NCBI GenBank assembly: GCA_013265495.1
Contig: MU057487.1
Span: 1,054,001 to 1,118,000 of the forward strand
Direction: 5' to 3'
DNA from: Vicugna vicugna
Taxonomy: Eukaryota
Length of the DNA: 64,000 bases
Numbering within the stretch: position 1 is the first letter of the stretch; every line of letters begins with the position of its first letter. Below are positions 1 through 12,529 of the stretch, piece after piece. The translations under genes were made by a program, and so were the position numbers. The notes beneath the pieces are model-generated. The model did no database searches. It saw only the letters and a list, made by a program, of their open reading frames with translations, and was not told the DNA's origin.

Positions 1-465
1 AAATCTTTTTGGTGTTAAAAGTGAAACTATGAAGGATATAACTTCTAGGCCATAAAACATTATCTTTGGAAAAGCAGATAAAGAGCAGGCTGGCTTGTCC
101 TCAGACTACATAAAAGTGGATAGGACTGCGGGGAGTGAGAAGAGTCAATCACAGCAGAAGCAGAGTCTAGGTGATGAGGGGGGTTCCTGAGCTCTGTGTT
201 CTGGGGAATGGTCTCCCAGAGGGAACTGGGAATCAAAATCACGCAGAACTGAGCCCTACCCCAAGGGGAAAGCTTGGAGCCAGCAAGATCCCTGTCTGTC
301 CTGTCCGTCCTGTCCGTCTGCCTGGCTCCCCAGCGTGGTACCAGGACAGGCCTGAGGTCACCTCCCGGAGCATCTTGGAATGATGCAGGAATAGCTTTGT
401 GCCGCAGAGCAGAGACAGCTGTTCTGAGAGCCCTTTGTAAGACTGTGGTAGACACATCAGGGGCC

Positions 466-678
466 CATGGGTCTTCAATGTGGGGCTCTCTTGCCCCCCA
501 GCAGGTATTCGGCAATGTCTAGAGACAAGTTTTGTTGTCACAAGTGGGAAGTGCTATTGGTACCAGATAGGCAGAGGTCAGAGATGCTGCTGAACCTTCT
601 ACAGGGTACAGAACAGGCCCTCAAAACAAAGAATTATGCAGCCCCAAATGCCAGCAGTGTCAAGGTTGAGAAACACTT
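466..678 (+). mobile_element. MER20 (hAT-Charlie DNA transposon fossil)
   Basis: Collinear with recalled MER20 consensus: ttgccccccag..ggcaatgtctagagac..ttgtcacaa..gatgctgctgaac..aacaaagaattat..aggttgagaaac. Confidence 0.88.
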
Positions 679-1261
679 CCCCAAAACTGAGATTAGGTTT
701 TGACCACATGGCACAATAAAAGATTTATAATTTATAATGTAATTGTTCATTTAAATAAAGAAAATTACTCCTAGTTCATGGATTACAACGTGCAACCACT
801 TGTTTATACAAGAAAATATATTCTTCCTCTAACATAAAATAATCAACAATGATCGGTTCTGCACTTAATGAAATGGTTTCGAGGGGGGGAAGAAAAATTT
901 AAGTAGCTCTTAAGGGCCCCCCACACAAGAAGGAAAGTGAATTGGAGGCATGAAGACAGATGCTGGAAACTTAACAATATCGGAAGCAAACGAGAGGAGG
1001 AAAGTTGGGGAAGAAAAAGTACATACAGGTAAGTCATCCATGGAGCAAAAACCCAGAGAACAATTGCTCCTAACCAAGGACAAGGAGGATCATGAGCGTT
1101 TTTAAAAGAGATGAGATGGGTTTTCTTCCAGACACGACACTGAAAATTTACTAAGAAGGTGGCATGAGAACCCCAGGCCTCCAACATGCCAGGAAGAATA
1201 CCAGCGAAGGGAAAAATTGGAAGGGCTTTCAAACATAGCAGGGATGAAGGCAAAAGCCAGA

Positions 1262-1345
1262 AACAATGAAGGGAGAAAAAGAAGGGGAAAAGAGAAGGGA
1301 AGGAAGGAGGGAGAGAAGAGAGGAGCAGGGGAGGGAGAGAGAGAC
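1262..1345. repeat. Purine-rich (GA) low-complexity tract
   Basis: Near-pure A/G run (gaagggagaaaaagaaggggaaaagagaagggaaggaaggagggag...). Confidence 0.8.
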
Positions 1346-2309
1346 ATCTGGAAACAATGGCACTGGATAATAAGTAAACCAGTCTTATGTTGATGACATG
1401 CCAAAGTGTTTCATTTTTATGCAAAAGCAAATAACTGTGAAGTATCCCCAACATAAACACTGATTAAAAGAGATTAAATGTCTTGGGATGAAATGTCATC
1501 ATATTACACAGTGTCAGTTTGTGGTGTTCTCAAAATGTTAATGACCTCCAGCTTCAGCTGCTTCCATTACCAGCAATCTCAAGGGAGAGCAGCCTCAGCT
1601 GCGGGGCTCCCAGGAGGTGCCCAGAACCTCATCCCATCTCCTCGCCGTTAATAGATAAAATTTCACTGAAAATGACTCGGTAACATTTGGCCATAATTCA
1701 GAAGGGACCACATTTTTAAAAAAGACTTTTTCTTTTATCAGAAAGTACTTGGGTTTATCTTACCATTTTAATAATGTTCCAGACCCGATTCAGTCAGTCT
1801 TCAATACTCTTTGGAATAATAGTTTTCTATTCTCTAACAGTGACATTTCCCCAGCAACAGTAGCATCTGCAGAAAATTTGGGAAGTGAGAGTTCATCATT
1901 TTACAAACTAATTCTGGGAAAAAGCGTGGGTCAGGATGTATGTATGACTATTTCACCAGGACTGATCCCAGGATTCTTCATGAAGTGTTCCAGTGTATTC
2001 TGAGTGGCCATGCCCCCTCATTTCCTCTAATAAAAATCATTAGTACTTCCGATCTCCACAATTATTTTTGCCTCCAAGTCAAATAAAATAGGCTAACACC
2101 TGCGGTCACTTTATAGATTAGTCATTCTCTCCTACCTATATTACTGACCCAGTTTCTCTCACACAGCCAGGACACGTGCCTTCCCATCTAACTGGTGACA
2201 TTTTTGAACACTTGAACCTCAACGGGTATATATTTGTTGCCTGGTAATGTGTATGCCTTCCACAGAACATAAATACATCCAGACATTTATGGTTGGTGCA
2301 ATTTTGTCT

Positions 2310-2600
2310 GCATTTATTCAACAAATGTTCACTGAGTTTTTATTAAGCATAAGCTCTCTAGTCAGTCCCTTCTGTCAATGAATTTCTAACATCTCAGGTG
2401 AGGGCAGAAGTGACAGAAAGCATAATATGAGACAGGATAGAGAAGGGACACTTCTAGGGTCCAATGACAGTGCTTAGTAATTAACACAATGAAGAGAAGT
2501 CTTTCAGCTGGAGATTTCTGGGAAAACCTCAAGGCAAGAGGGTTACACAGAATGGCCCTTCTAAATTCTGATAGAATGTTGGCTGAGATACATTGAACAA
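2310..2600 (-). mobile_element. L2 3' end fragment
   Basis: cattt attcaacaaatgttcactgag is the reverse of the L2 tail; degenerate L2-like sequence follows. Confidence 0.5.
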
Positions 2601-2610
2601 AACATTCTAT

Positions 2611-2808
2611 CTGCCCTGTCTGAGTAAAGTAGCCACTAGCCACATGTGGCTATTTAAATTAAAGTTAGGTAAAGTGAAATGAAATTTAAAATTCAATCAC
2701 AGTAGCCTTACTTCAAGTGCTCAGTAGCCACATGTGACTAGTGGCTACCATATTGGGAAATGGAGAAGAACATGTCCATCACTTCAAAGACTCCTTTGGA
2801 CAGCTCTG
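2611..2808 (-). mobile_element. MER3 (hAT-Charlie)
   Basis: gtagccactagccacatgtggctatttaaatt ... ttcaagtgctcagtagccacatgtgactagtggctaccatattgg ... ttggacagc. Confidence 0.85.
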
Positions 2809-3072
2809 TTTTAAGTTGAAGAAATGGGATAATCATGAGAAACTACAGGTGTTGTACAGGTGTTTGGAAACCAGCAAACATTCCACATCTGCTGGCCCAT
2901 AGTGTGAGACTAAAACAGTAGCAGAAGGTAAGACTAGAAAGGGAAGCTGAAGTCAAATTTTAGTGAGTCTTGACTCGTGTTGAATCAGGGATTTGTTTGG
3001 TGCAGAGAACTGAGACTTAGAATAATTAATTTTTGGTAATGTGTAAAATGATGACCTGGAAAAGCAACTGGT

Positions 3073-3254
3073 CAGGGAGGTCCTCAACCCTGGCTGCACA
3101 ATGGAATCACCTGGGGAGATTTTTAAAACCCCAAACCCAGGCCATACCCCAGAAGAATTAAATCAGAATCACTGGGTGTGAGACTCAGACAGCAGTAGCT
3201 TTTAAATCTTCCCAGGGGACTCCGGTGTGCAAAGGGATGTAGGGACAGCCGCTG
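3073..3254. mobile_element. MER5B/MER5A-type (hAT-Charlie) MITE
   Basis: ctcaaccctggctgcacaatggaatcacctggggag..ttttaaaa..aatcagaatc..ttttaaatcttcccagg; quasi-palindromic element. Confidence 0.85.
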
Positions 3255-4214
3255 CTCTTATATGTACAGCATCACCTCTCACGTCTGTCAGCAATAACCT
3301 CTGTGCTCTTATGAACTTCCCTTTATCATTTCTACCCAGTTTTGGTGGAGTTGTCACTCATAACAAGCTGATACCCTGGTCACTAGAGGTGGCCTTGGAA
3401 CCAAATCTGGGCAAATCACAATACCCTAGTAATGCTGGCTGTGGTGATTAGCCCAGATTTAGACTACAGTCCGAGTCAGTAAGAACCTGTTCTGGGGTTT
3501 TGCATACATACTTCTGGCCAGAAAGGCTCTGTCTTCCATCCAGGAGGTCACTACACTGGGATGATGTTGGCCTGAAAACTTTGCGAATGTGTTCCCTCCT
3601 ATGCTCCATTACTCCACTGCAAGGTGGGGAGCCACCCACACAAGAAAACTGCAAAATTCACAGATGCAAACGCAACTACAAGCTCCCTTCTGAATCTGTT
3701 TAAAGGGTTGGTTGGGACTGGGGACTGTGGCCAGTTCTTGATCTCTTTCCACCTAGAAAGCACAACCAACAACCTACCCAGCTATGTTGCCTGGCTGTTC
3801 CCAGGTATGAACTAGGAGGGGCTTTCTATGTTCTGTGTTGATCATGTACCACTGAAGGCCAGTGAAGCAGGGAAGTATCAGAAGCATTGAACATAATTGG
3901 TTAGAAGAGCAGAGTGGATGGCGATTAGATCTACTCACTGGAAGGAGAAATAAGGCTTTTGATGAAAACAGACAACACCTGGTTGTGCAGGCATTCTTTC
4001 CACCCCTGCAATCCTTCCTCTGCTGAACTGCAATGTTTCCTGTCATTTTTACATGAGGACCTGACCTTTACCTCACACCACCTCAGGCATTTTATGTAAC
4101 TTAACTCAGGCAATTTTCAGATGCCAGTCTCTATAGGATGTGCTCTGTATTTTAAAGAAATTTTACAATATATTTCCATCTATAGCATTTTAGAATGTAG
4201 GCTTCTATGACATA

Positions 4215-4290
4215 TGATGAAGGGAAATCTCTTCCCTGGCAGGAGGTTGTTCAAGATGCCCTTTATAAGTCCTCTCCCAGTTCTAATAGT
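4215..4290 (+). mobile_element. L3/CR1 3' terminal fragment
   Basis: ggcaggaggttgttcaagatgccctttataagtcctctcccagttctaa resembles the CR1 3' end. Confidence 0.45.
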
Positions 4291-5339
4291 GAATTTAATA
4301 CATTATAGTGAATAATAGTGAATATTCAAAAGGTGTGCATGATGTGTGAATGTAAAAAAAAAGAAAAAAAAGACTGAAAGGCTAAAAGGTAAGATTCTAA
4401 AGATCAAAAGTAGAGAATGGAGAGAATGTGGGAATTTTGTTTTACTGTTTCCATGATTAAAAAAAATAAATTATTTTCAACTTTTACGTAAGTCCTTTGG
4501 GATTTCAACAACAATATTTGTGGAAAGAAAATTCAAGAGACCTTCGGCATTTGAGGAATTCAGCTGTCTCAGTATTCACTGTGTCAATCACACAATGATG
4601 CTTGGTTTTTACCAAGCCTTGTGGGGTCCAAATCAGCCGGCAGAGGTGAAGGGAAGATGCACATTGTGGACAGTAACAGGCTGCTGGATCATGAAGCTTT
4701 CATGCACTCTCCCAGAGCAGGCTAGTTTTGACAAAGCCACAGGGATTTAGACACTCTCCTGGTGAGAATATATTTCCATTCTATAAATTCCTTCATTAAA
4801 AAAAGGAGAATCCTACTGCTAAACCTGTGCACTAGAAACCTTCTTTTTAAAATAGACAGATGTCCAATATGAAATCAGATAAAAGATCCTACAAGTGGGA
4901 GGGGAAAGTAGGGTCCTTTGAGTTCTTTCTACTCCCTCCATAACCCCAGAGATCCCAGTGAGCAAGTTTTGAAAACTACTATACCAAATTCTTTCCTTCA
5001 CTGGCTGCCAAGTAGGGCACCCCCTGGAGTTGTGCAGCATAGCAGACCTGCCTGAAAAGCATGAAAGAGCAATTAATTTATTAGAACTAGGGAGTTTTTG
5101 TATATCTTCCAGAGTTTCCTAAAAAAATGCAAATGTTCCTGGGAAGAAACATCTCAAGCAATCACAGGGGATTATTTTATCAATTCAATTTGCAGCTTGG
5201 AAACTTGGCTGACAGCAAAGCCCTGTAGGATTGGGCACAGATAAAGAACTGAAACAATGTAACCAAGGGAAAATGTCTTTACTTCCTGAGGTTATACAGG
5301 AACCACCTAACAGGCTATTAATAGTTTTTAAATAAAGAT

Positions 5340-5610
5340 AATTATAAAATGGCTAACATTGGAATGTATCCTGAATGCCAGATACTCTTCCAAGTCTCTA
5401 TTTATGTAGTAGCTCATTTTATATATTCCATTATCCCTTTACGTATTAACTCACATTTGTATTCCTTACAACAACTACATAATGACAGTACAATCTTTAT
5501 ACCCATATTATGGATGAGGAAACTGAGGCACAGAGAAGTTAAGATCGCACAGCTAACGAGAGGCAGAGCCAAGACTCAAATCTGCACAATCTGACTCTAC
5601 GGCCTGTGGT
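5340..5610 (-). mobile_element. MIR SINE
   Basis: Core cccatattatggatgaggaaactgaggcacagagaagttaag; cacagctaacgagaggcagagccaagactcaaa. Confidence 0.88.
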
Positions 5611-6017
5611 AACCTCACACAATGGTTCACCTTCCAGAAATGGATGATTATTTCAGCTCACTCCAGCACTTTCAAAGCGTGGCCTCTTCTGAATTTTAAC
5701 TCTCTAATTTCTGTGATTGTCTTGAGTTTGACGGATTACCCAAGAGGAAACAAGAAGGATGAATTTCCAGTAAGCTACATGCTTATTGAGATGGGAAGTG
5801 TCTTCTAGCTTTGTGCTAAATTTCCAACTAGCTGAATAGGGGTTTCACTTAACTGAGGCCCGGTGTTCTCAGATCTGCCATGCACTCCACCAAGGATTGT
5901 GCTGCACGACTCAGGAAAATGATACACATAGAGTTTGACTGAATATCATCTTCTAGAGCTGAACTGTGAAATTGTTGACCCTAGGAGTTTGGCCTTTGCC
6001 CCTATAATTTAAGCACT

Positions 6018-6694
6018 CCTATTTCCTTCTAGGAGTTTTATGGCTTCAAGTCGTATGTTCAAGTATTTAATCCATGTTGAGTTGATTTTTGTGAGTCATA
6101 TAAGATAAAGGCTCAATGGCATACTTTTGCACATGGCTATCCAGTTTTCCCAGCACCGTTTATTAAAGAAAGTATCCTTTCCCCATTGTATATTCTTAGC
6201 TCCTTTGTTGAAAATTGACTATATAAGCATCAGTTTATTTCTGGACTCTTTATTCTGTCCCATTGATCTACATATATGTTTTTATGCCAATACCATACTA
6301 TTTTGATTACTATACCTTGGTAGCAGAGTTTGAAATCAAGACTTGTGATACCTCCAGCTTTGTTCTTCTTTCTCAAGGTTACATTGGCTATTTGGGATCT
6401 CTTGTGGTTCTATACACATTTTAGGATTTTTTTCTAATTCTGTGGTAAATGCCATTGGAATTTTGATAGGGGTATCATTGAATCTGTAGATCACTTTGGG
6501 TAGTATGGCCATTTTAACAATATTAATTCTTCCAGTCCATGAACACAGAATATCTTTCTATTTATTTGTGTCCTCTTCAGTTTCTTTCATCAATACCTTA
6601 TTGTTTTCAGTGTACAGACCTTTTACCTCCTTGGTTAAAGTTATTACTAAGTATTTTATTCTTTTTGATGTTGTTTTAAATGAGATTGTTTTTT
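6018..6694 (-). mobile_element. L1 ORF2 fragment (L1MA-like)
   Basis: Antisense ORF2: ccagttttcccagcacc..ttttatgccaataccatac..cctccagctttgttctt..attgaatctgtagatcactttgggtagtatggccatttt. Confidence 0.92.
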
Positions 6695-6696
6695 AA

Positions 6697-8215
6697 AGAT
6701 AATTTCTCCCAACTAACACAGATCAAAGAAATCCAATCAAATGGTCATGAGGCTTTTTTTTTTTTGACAATCACTATAAAATTTATGTAGACTAGACAAA
6801 ACAATTTGGGAAAAGATAACAAAGTTGAAGGACATACTCCATTGACTTCAAGATTTACTTTATTACCTTAGCAGCCAAATCAGCATGATATGGTGTGAAA
6901 ATAGATATGCAGGTCAATGGAACCAAATAGAGAATTTAGATATAAACTCACACTTATATGATCACTGATTTCAACAATAGCAACAAAGTAATCCAGTTGG
7001 GAAACAATACCCTTTTCAATAAATGGTACTTGAACAATTGAGCATTCGAGGTCAAAACAAAATAAATGTACTTTACCCTTACCATATATAAAATAAAACT
7101 AAAAATACACTATAGACTTATGAACTTGGAGCTACAAAACTTCTAGGAAGAAACATAGAAGAAAATCTTTGTGATCTTGAATAAGGGCAAATTTCTTAAA
7201 TAGGACACAAAAAGCACACAAAAAATTGATTAATTAAGCTTTATAAAAATAAAAACATTTGCTCTCCAAAGGTATTTTTAATAAAATGAGAAGGTAATCC
7301 ACAGACTAGAAGAAAATGTTTGCATTTAAAAAGATCTATTAAGACTTGTGTCCAAAATATCTAAAGAACTCTTACAACTTAATACAAGAAAACAAATAAC
7401 TCATTTTTAACATGAGTAAGAGACTTGAATAGAGAGCTCAATAGAGAAGACATATAGTTGGTAAATAAGCATAAGAAAAGATGTTCAACATGATTAACCT
7501 TTAGCAAATGCAAGTTAAAACCACAGGAAGATACTACACACCCGCTACAATGGCTACAATTATCACGTGTCTGAAAGAATACGAGACAACTTGAACACTC
7601 ATACGTTATGTATGGAAACACACTTTAGAAAATGGTTTGGTGACCTCTTATATTCTTAAAAATAAATATACACTACTCTATGACCCAGCAATTTCCTTTT
7701 TATATATATACACCCATAGAAGAAAGCTTATGTTTACACAAAGATGTATATGTAAATGTTTATAGCAACTTCCTTTAGCTCAAAAAGGAAACAATCTAAA
7801 TATCTATCAACTGATGCATGGATAAATAAAATGCGATCATTCTACAGTAGAATACTACCCAGCAATAAACAAGGAATAAGGTACAGATGCATGCAATAAT
7901 ATGGATGACTCTCAAAAGTATCACACTAAGCAGTACAAAAACTGTGCAGTCTATGAATTCATTTTTTATTAAATTCTAGAAAAAGCAAAATTGCAATGAT
8001 ACTAAGAAAATCAGTGGTTGCCTGGGGCCAGAAAGTTAGGGAAGGAAACTGACTACGAAAGGACAGCTGGAAATGTTGGTGTGACAGAAATGTTTTGTAT
8101 AGTGATGTTGGTGAGTTGAGCTACTGTATAAAAATGTCAAAATTCATCAAATTGGACAAAAAAATTGGTGAATTTTATTTTATGCAAATCAATAAAGTAG
8201 ACCAAAAATTAAAAG
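6697..8215 (+). mobile_element. Old L1 (L1MC/L1MD-like) ORF2 3' part and 3' UTR
   Basis: gacttcaagattt..ttttcaataaatggt..aaaagatgttcaacatgatta..tatgacccagcaatt..atggataaataaaat..atcagtggttgcctgggg..caataaag. Confidence 0.88.
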
Positions 8216-8338
8216 GAAGATCTCTTTATCAAGGAGTTATATATTTTCCAGAGATACAAAATAAGAAATGGAGAAAATTAAATGTCTTTAATGAAAAAAA
8301 GATGTTTTGAAAGATATTTTGTCTTGTATAATGGTGTA

Positions 8339-8761
8339 TGTATTAGTCAGGGTTCCAGAGAAACAGAACAAATAGGGAGTATAAATAAAGAGAGAAATAA
8401 ATAGAGAAATTTATTTTAAAGAATTGGTTCGTGGGATTGTAGAAGCTGGCACAACCAAACCTGCAGAGTAGGTCAGCAGGCTAAAGCCCAGGGAAGAGTT
8501 GCAGCTCAAATTTGAAGGCAGTCTGCTGGCAGAATTCCCTCTTCTTCCAGTAAAGTTAGTCTTTTTCCATTAAGGCCTTCAACTGATTGGATGAGGCCCA
8601 CCCTCAGCATGAAGGGTAATATACTTTACTCAGTGTCTACTAATTTAATGTTAATCTCATCTAAAAAAAAAATACCTTCACAGAAACATCTAGAGTAATG
8701 TTTGACCAAATATCTGAGTACAGTGGCCTAGCTAATTTGACACATAAAATTAACCATCACA
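8339..8761 (-). mobile_element. MLT2-family (ERVL) solo LTR
   Basis: tgtattagtcagggtt..ggccttcaactgattggatgaggcccacc..tgacacataaaattaaccatcaca; TG...CA termini. Confidence 0.9.
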
Positions 8762-8789
8762 GTATGCAATTTACAGAGTTCTACTATAC

Positions 8790-8965
8790 ATGTTACCTCA
8801 TTTGTTCCTCATAATAAACCAATTAGATTGTAGCTACAACCTACCACATAATGGGCAAGAAACTGACATTTCAAAAAATTCAGTGCATCCCCATTTCCCA
8901 TAGCCAGCAAAGGGTGGCTCTGGAATTCAGGGCAATTATCCTGTCTCCAAACTGCACGCTCTTTT
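8790..8965 (-). mobile_element. MIR fragment (degenerate)
   Basis: ctcatttgttcctcataataa..aagaaactga..catagccagcaaagggtggctctggaattca..ctgtctccaaa. Confidence 0.5.
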
Positions 8966-10149
8966 GACCGCACTGCACTGGAGAAAGACAGTAAGAGTAA
9001 GGGATTAAATGCATCCTTTGTTCCTCATGAATTTTTCCCTGGCATTTATCCGAGTCCAAGACACTTAAGGGTTATGTAATTTTTCATGTTCATTTTTAGA
9101 GTTTGGTAAAATCGATAATATATTTTATAAAGGCTTACTTCACTTTTATCCTATGACAAGATGAAGTTAACAAAGCAGCAAACCACTGATTAAATAGAGG
9201 CAGATAGAAAATATCGTGTGACAGTGAAATTCTCCCTTGCCTTCTCTTGCTATTTACTTCAAAACAATATTATTAAAGGGGTGGGAGAAAGTCCTGGGCT
9301 CTACAAAAACCTGCTAACAGATGTAGAAATGGGAAATGAAGAAAAGGAAAAAAAATTTACAAGGGGATAAACTATGGGTCATCCCAACTAACTTATTTAA
9401 TTAACGTTTTTCCTCACCAACTAACGAATACCATGTAAAACTTACTCTACAACTCTTTACCATGTTCAAAAGTTTCAGTTGAAAGGGACAGAAATGTCTC
9501 CCACTTTGCTGTAAATGAAAACTGTACTCCTTTCCATGTAATTTTGAATTCATTTCGGAGCTACATACCATTGGCATTTGCCGTCACGGAGAAAGATGGA
9601 AGAAACTCCTTAGGTGTTACCTTTTCCTTCCCACTAGCTGGCTGGCTGACCGACCGTGGAGAAAGCAAGCTCAGCACCCTGGGTCTCTGTCTGCAAAATC
9701 AATATATCTCTACTTCACAGAAGTGTTAGGGGAAAGATGCATGAATAGGCATCTAAGCAACTGGAGCTCTACATCAAAGCATCGCTCCCCACGCCCTTGC
9801 GCTGTGCCCTCTCCAGGCCCCTCAGCAAGGCCTTCTCGTGGTATAGCCTCACTGCCCGTCATCCCGCCAGCTCCTGCCTGATGCCTTTCTTGCCTGCAAG
9901 GGAGGTCTTTGCATCACTTCAACAAGGGCTTCCAGACAAAAGGAACCAGGTGCCTTCCACTCCGTCACCACCATCTCTTAGAGGTGAACAGTACCTAAGA
10001 AATCTCAGAAAGCATTAGCACAGTGGTTCCTCTGTAGACAAAGGTTTCTCTCTCCTGATGGATTTACATGAGAATCTGTTCCAAAATAGAATACTGACAG
10101 CCGACTGGAAGAGAGCATGGAGCCAAATGTTATCAGCAATATCAATGAC

Positions 10150-10326
10150 AATAAACACTATCTGTTTTAGTGAGTGCTTATTCAAGGCCATGAACATTGC
10201 CATTTAATCGTTACACCAACTCTGCAAGGTGGGTATTATTATTCCTACTTTATAGATAAGAAATTGATTAGAGCTTGAAGTGAAATAATTTGATTATGGC
10301 TAAAAGAGTCAGGGTTTGAACCCATG
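10150..10326 (-). mobile_element. MIR SINE
   Basis: catttaatc..caactctgcaaggtgggtattattattcctactttatagataagaaattga..agggtttgaaccca. Confidence 0.75.
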
Positions 10327-11507
10327 TGAAGGAAGAGGATCCAATAAATGTATTCCTCATTTAGCACCTTACACATAGACTAAAAGGGCTAATGCAAACT
10401 TCTCTCGGAAAGGATAATGGGAACAAATTGGATGAGGAGAAGATGTGAGAAGCTGTAACTTCTTCACCCTGAGGCTGTGAGCCCATGTCAGGGCACTAAG
10501 TGGAGAGGACTGAAGTGAAGGCAGAGAGGGTGCAGGCACTGAGATGTGGAGGTACACTTACTCTTCCCTTCTGGCCCCCCCAACTTCCAAAAGACTCATG
10601 TTTGACAAACAGCTTTCATTTCCTGCCATGCCTTTCCATCTTAACACCATTATTAATAGGCACATCCTTTATGCAGAGCTTCTTTTTGGAAACTGATGGG
10701 AAGTAGGTAGGTGGGTGAGGCAGCAAGGAGAAAACACTCAGAAGAGGTAGGAAGTGGGTGGATGAAGGTCACTGGAGAAAAAGAGAAACCAGAATTCTTC
10801 TTGGAAAAGAATGACTCAGTAAAATAAGTGTGATCATTTGAGGCAGTCAGTCAACCTGACCTTTATAAAAAGAGCAGGGTGATTCTACTTTTCTGCCACT
10901 CCAAGCCATTTTAAAGCAACCCATAAAGGTTCACTTCTATCAGAGGGAGATGCTGTTGTAAAGCTCTTAGCGACGAAAGGTGTTTCAGAGGGGTCAGCTC
11001 ACACTTTCCCACTTTCCTTAGAGTCCAGGGGTGGTAGACTCTGCAGCACTCACAGGTGGTTATTCTTGTTTGACTCTTTTTGGAAACAGCACAGACAGGC
11101 CCAGGGGGCAACATCTTAAGGCAAAACTTGAGAGAATAACCTGCTGCACCTTTCTGGACCACCTCAGCATTCTCTTCCCAGATGAACACCAGGGCTAGAG
11201 ATAGAGAGATGCCACAGTGGAGTAGATGGGGCATGAACCCCAAGTAACTCCTCAGAAGTGACCCGGACTGAGTGAAAAAAGGGTGGGCCATCCCATTTCT
11301 TCATGGAATGAGAAGATTCTCTCACGCAGCATAAGAAAGGATGACCAGTTATGAGGATGAAAAAGGACAAAAATGGAAGCGATACTTATTCATCTTAAAC
11401 GGTTTCCAAGTTTGATGACAGGGTTTTGTGATCTTCGCCAGCTGCAAAGGTTTAAGAGATTCCAGTGCTCATTAATGCGGAACATTAAGGCTCTCCCTAA
11501 AGGAACC

Positions 11508-11930
11508 TGTATTAGTTTCCTAAGGCTGCTGTAATGAAGTAACGCAAACTGAGTGGCTTAAAACAGTCAGGAGGCCAGAAGTCTGCATCAAGTTGTCAGC
11601 AGGGCCATGCTCCCACTGAAGCCTGTAGGGGAGAATCTTTCCTTGCTTTTTCCCAGGTTCTGGAAGAAGCCATCAGTCCTCACCACCCCTCACCCGTAGC
11701 TGCCTCATTCCACTCTGCTTCTGTCATCACATGGTGTTCTCCCTGTGTGTTTCTGAAATCACGCAGTGTTTTCCTCTTCTTATAAGGACAACGGTCATGT
11801 TGGACTCACCCTAATGACCTCATCTTAGCTTGATTACATCGACAAAGAACTTATTTCCAAATCAAGTCACAGTCACAGATACTAGGGGCTAAGACGTCAG
11901 CGTTAACTTTTTGGGGAACCCCAGCAGCTC
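11508..11930 (-). mobile_element. MLT1C/D-like MaLR solo LTR
   Basis: tgtattagtttcctaaggctgctgtaa..ggaggccagaagtc..cagggccatgctccc..cttcttataaggaca..tgacctcatctta..tatttccaaat. Confidence 0.88.
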
Positions 11931-12529
11931 ACGTCCCCATCTTCCACTCATTCATTGTCTGTCCGAGGATACAACACCTGTGCTGTGCTCGCTGAGTCCT
12001 AGAGGAGCAGCTCCAGCTCCAGGTTGCAGGGTGGGTGTAGGGTGGGAGGTAGGTAGACGGGTTCAGGACAGAAAGGCAGGACAAAATTCCAACAAGGGGC
12101 AGCAAGAGTCAGGTATGTGAGAAACAGCAGAATGAGACCAAGAAATATTATCAGTTTCGTGTAACACTTCACTAGAGTACAAAAAAGAAAAGGGAGAAGA
12201 TAGCAGTGTCACGTTCCCAGTTGGGGCCAATGAGATAAGATCTGAAACACACAGCAGAATGATTAGTTTTTCTCACATTCAGTGCCAAAGTATATGGTTT
12301 TAAGGCAAGTTTTACAACATATTCTATCAAGATTAAAATTTTTCTATTAAAGTTAAGCTGTCTATATACTCATGAAACTTATTCCAAAAATTTTAAACAT
12401 TATATTTCAGAATAATTGAACCAGGAAAAATAAGTTACTTAAGTAAAGGCACTAAACAAAAATATTTGAAAATAGATTTTTTCCCCGAAGATATATATTA
12501 ATTAAAATTAGCCTAATACATATCGTCTC

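Noticed and set aside
60..703. Overlapping ORFs with a TDR/RTG repeat
   Set aside because: Caused by a 9-bp tandem (ctgtc(t/c)gtc x3, 292-318) and the MER20 element.
843..1460. Longest ORF (205 aa, minus strand)
   Set aside because: Non-ATG start; the L/P/S/F-rich composition is explained by the antisense of a purine tract; no recognisable domain.
10562..10692. Minus-strand exon-like segment with a strong donor
   Set aside because: Stops in all three frames; probably a pseudo-exon.
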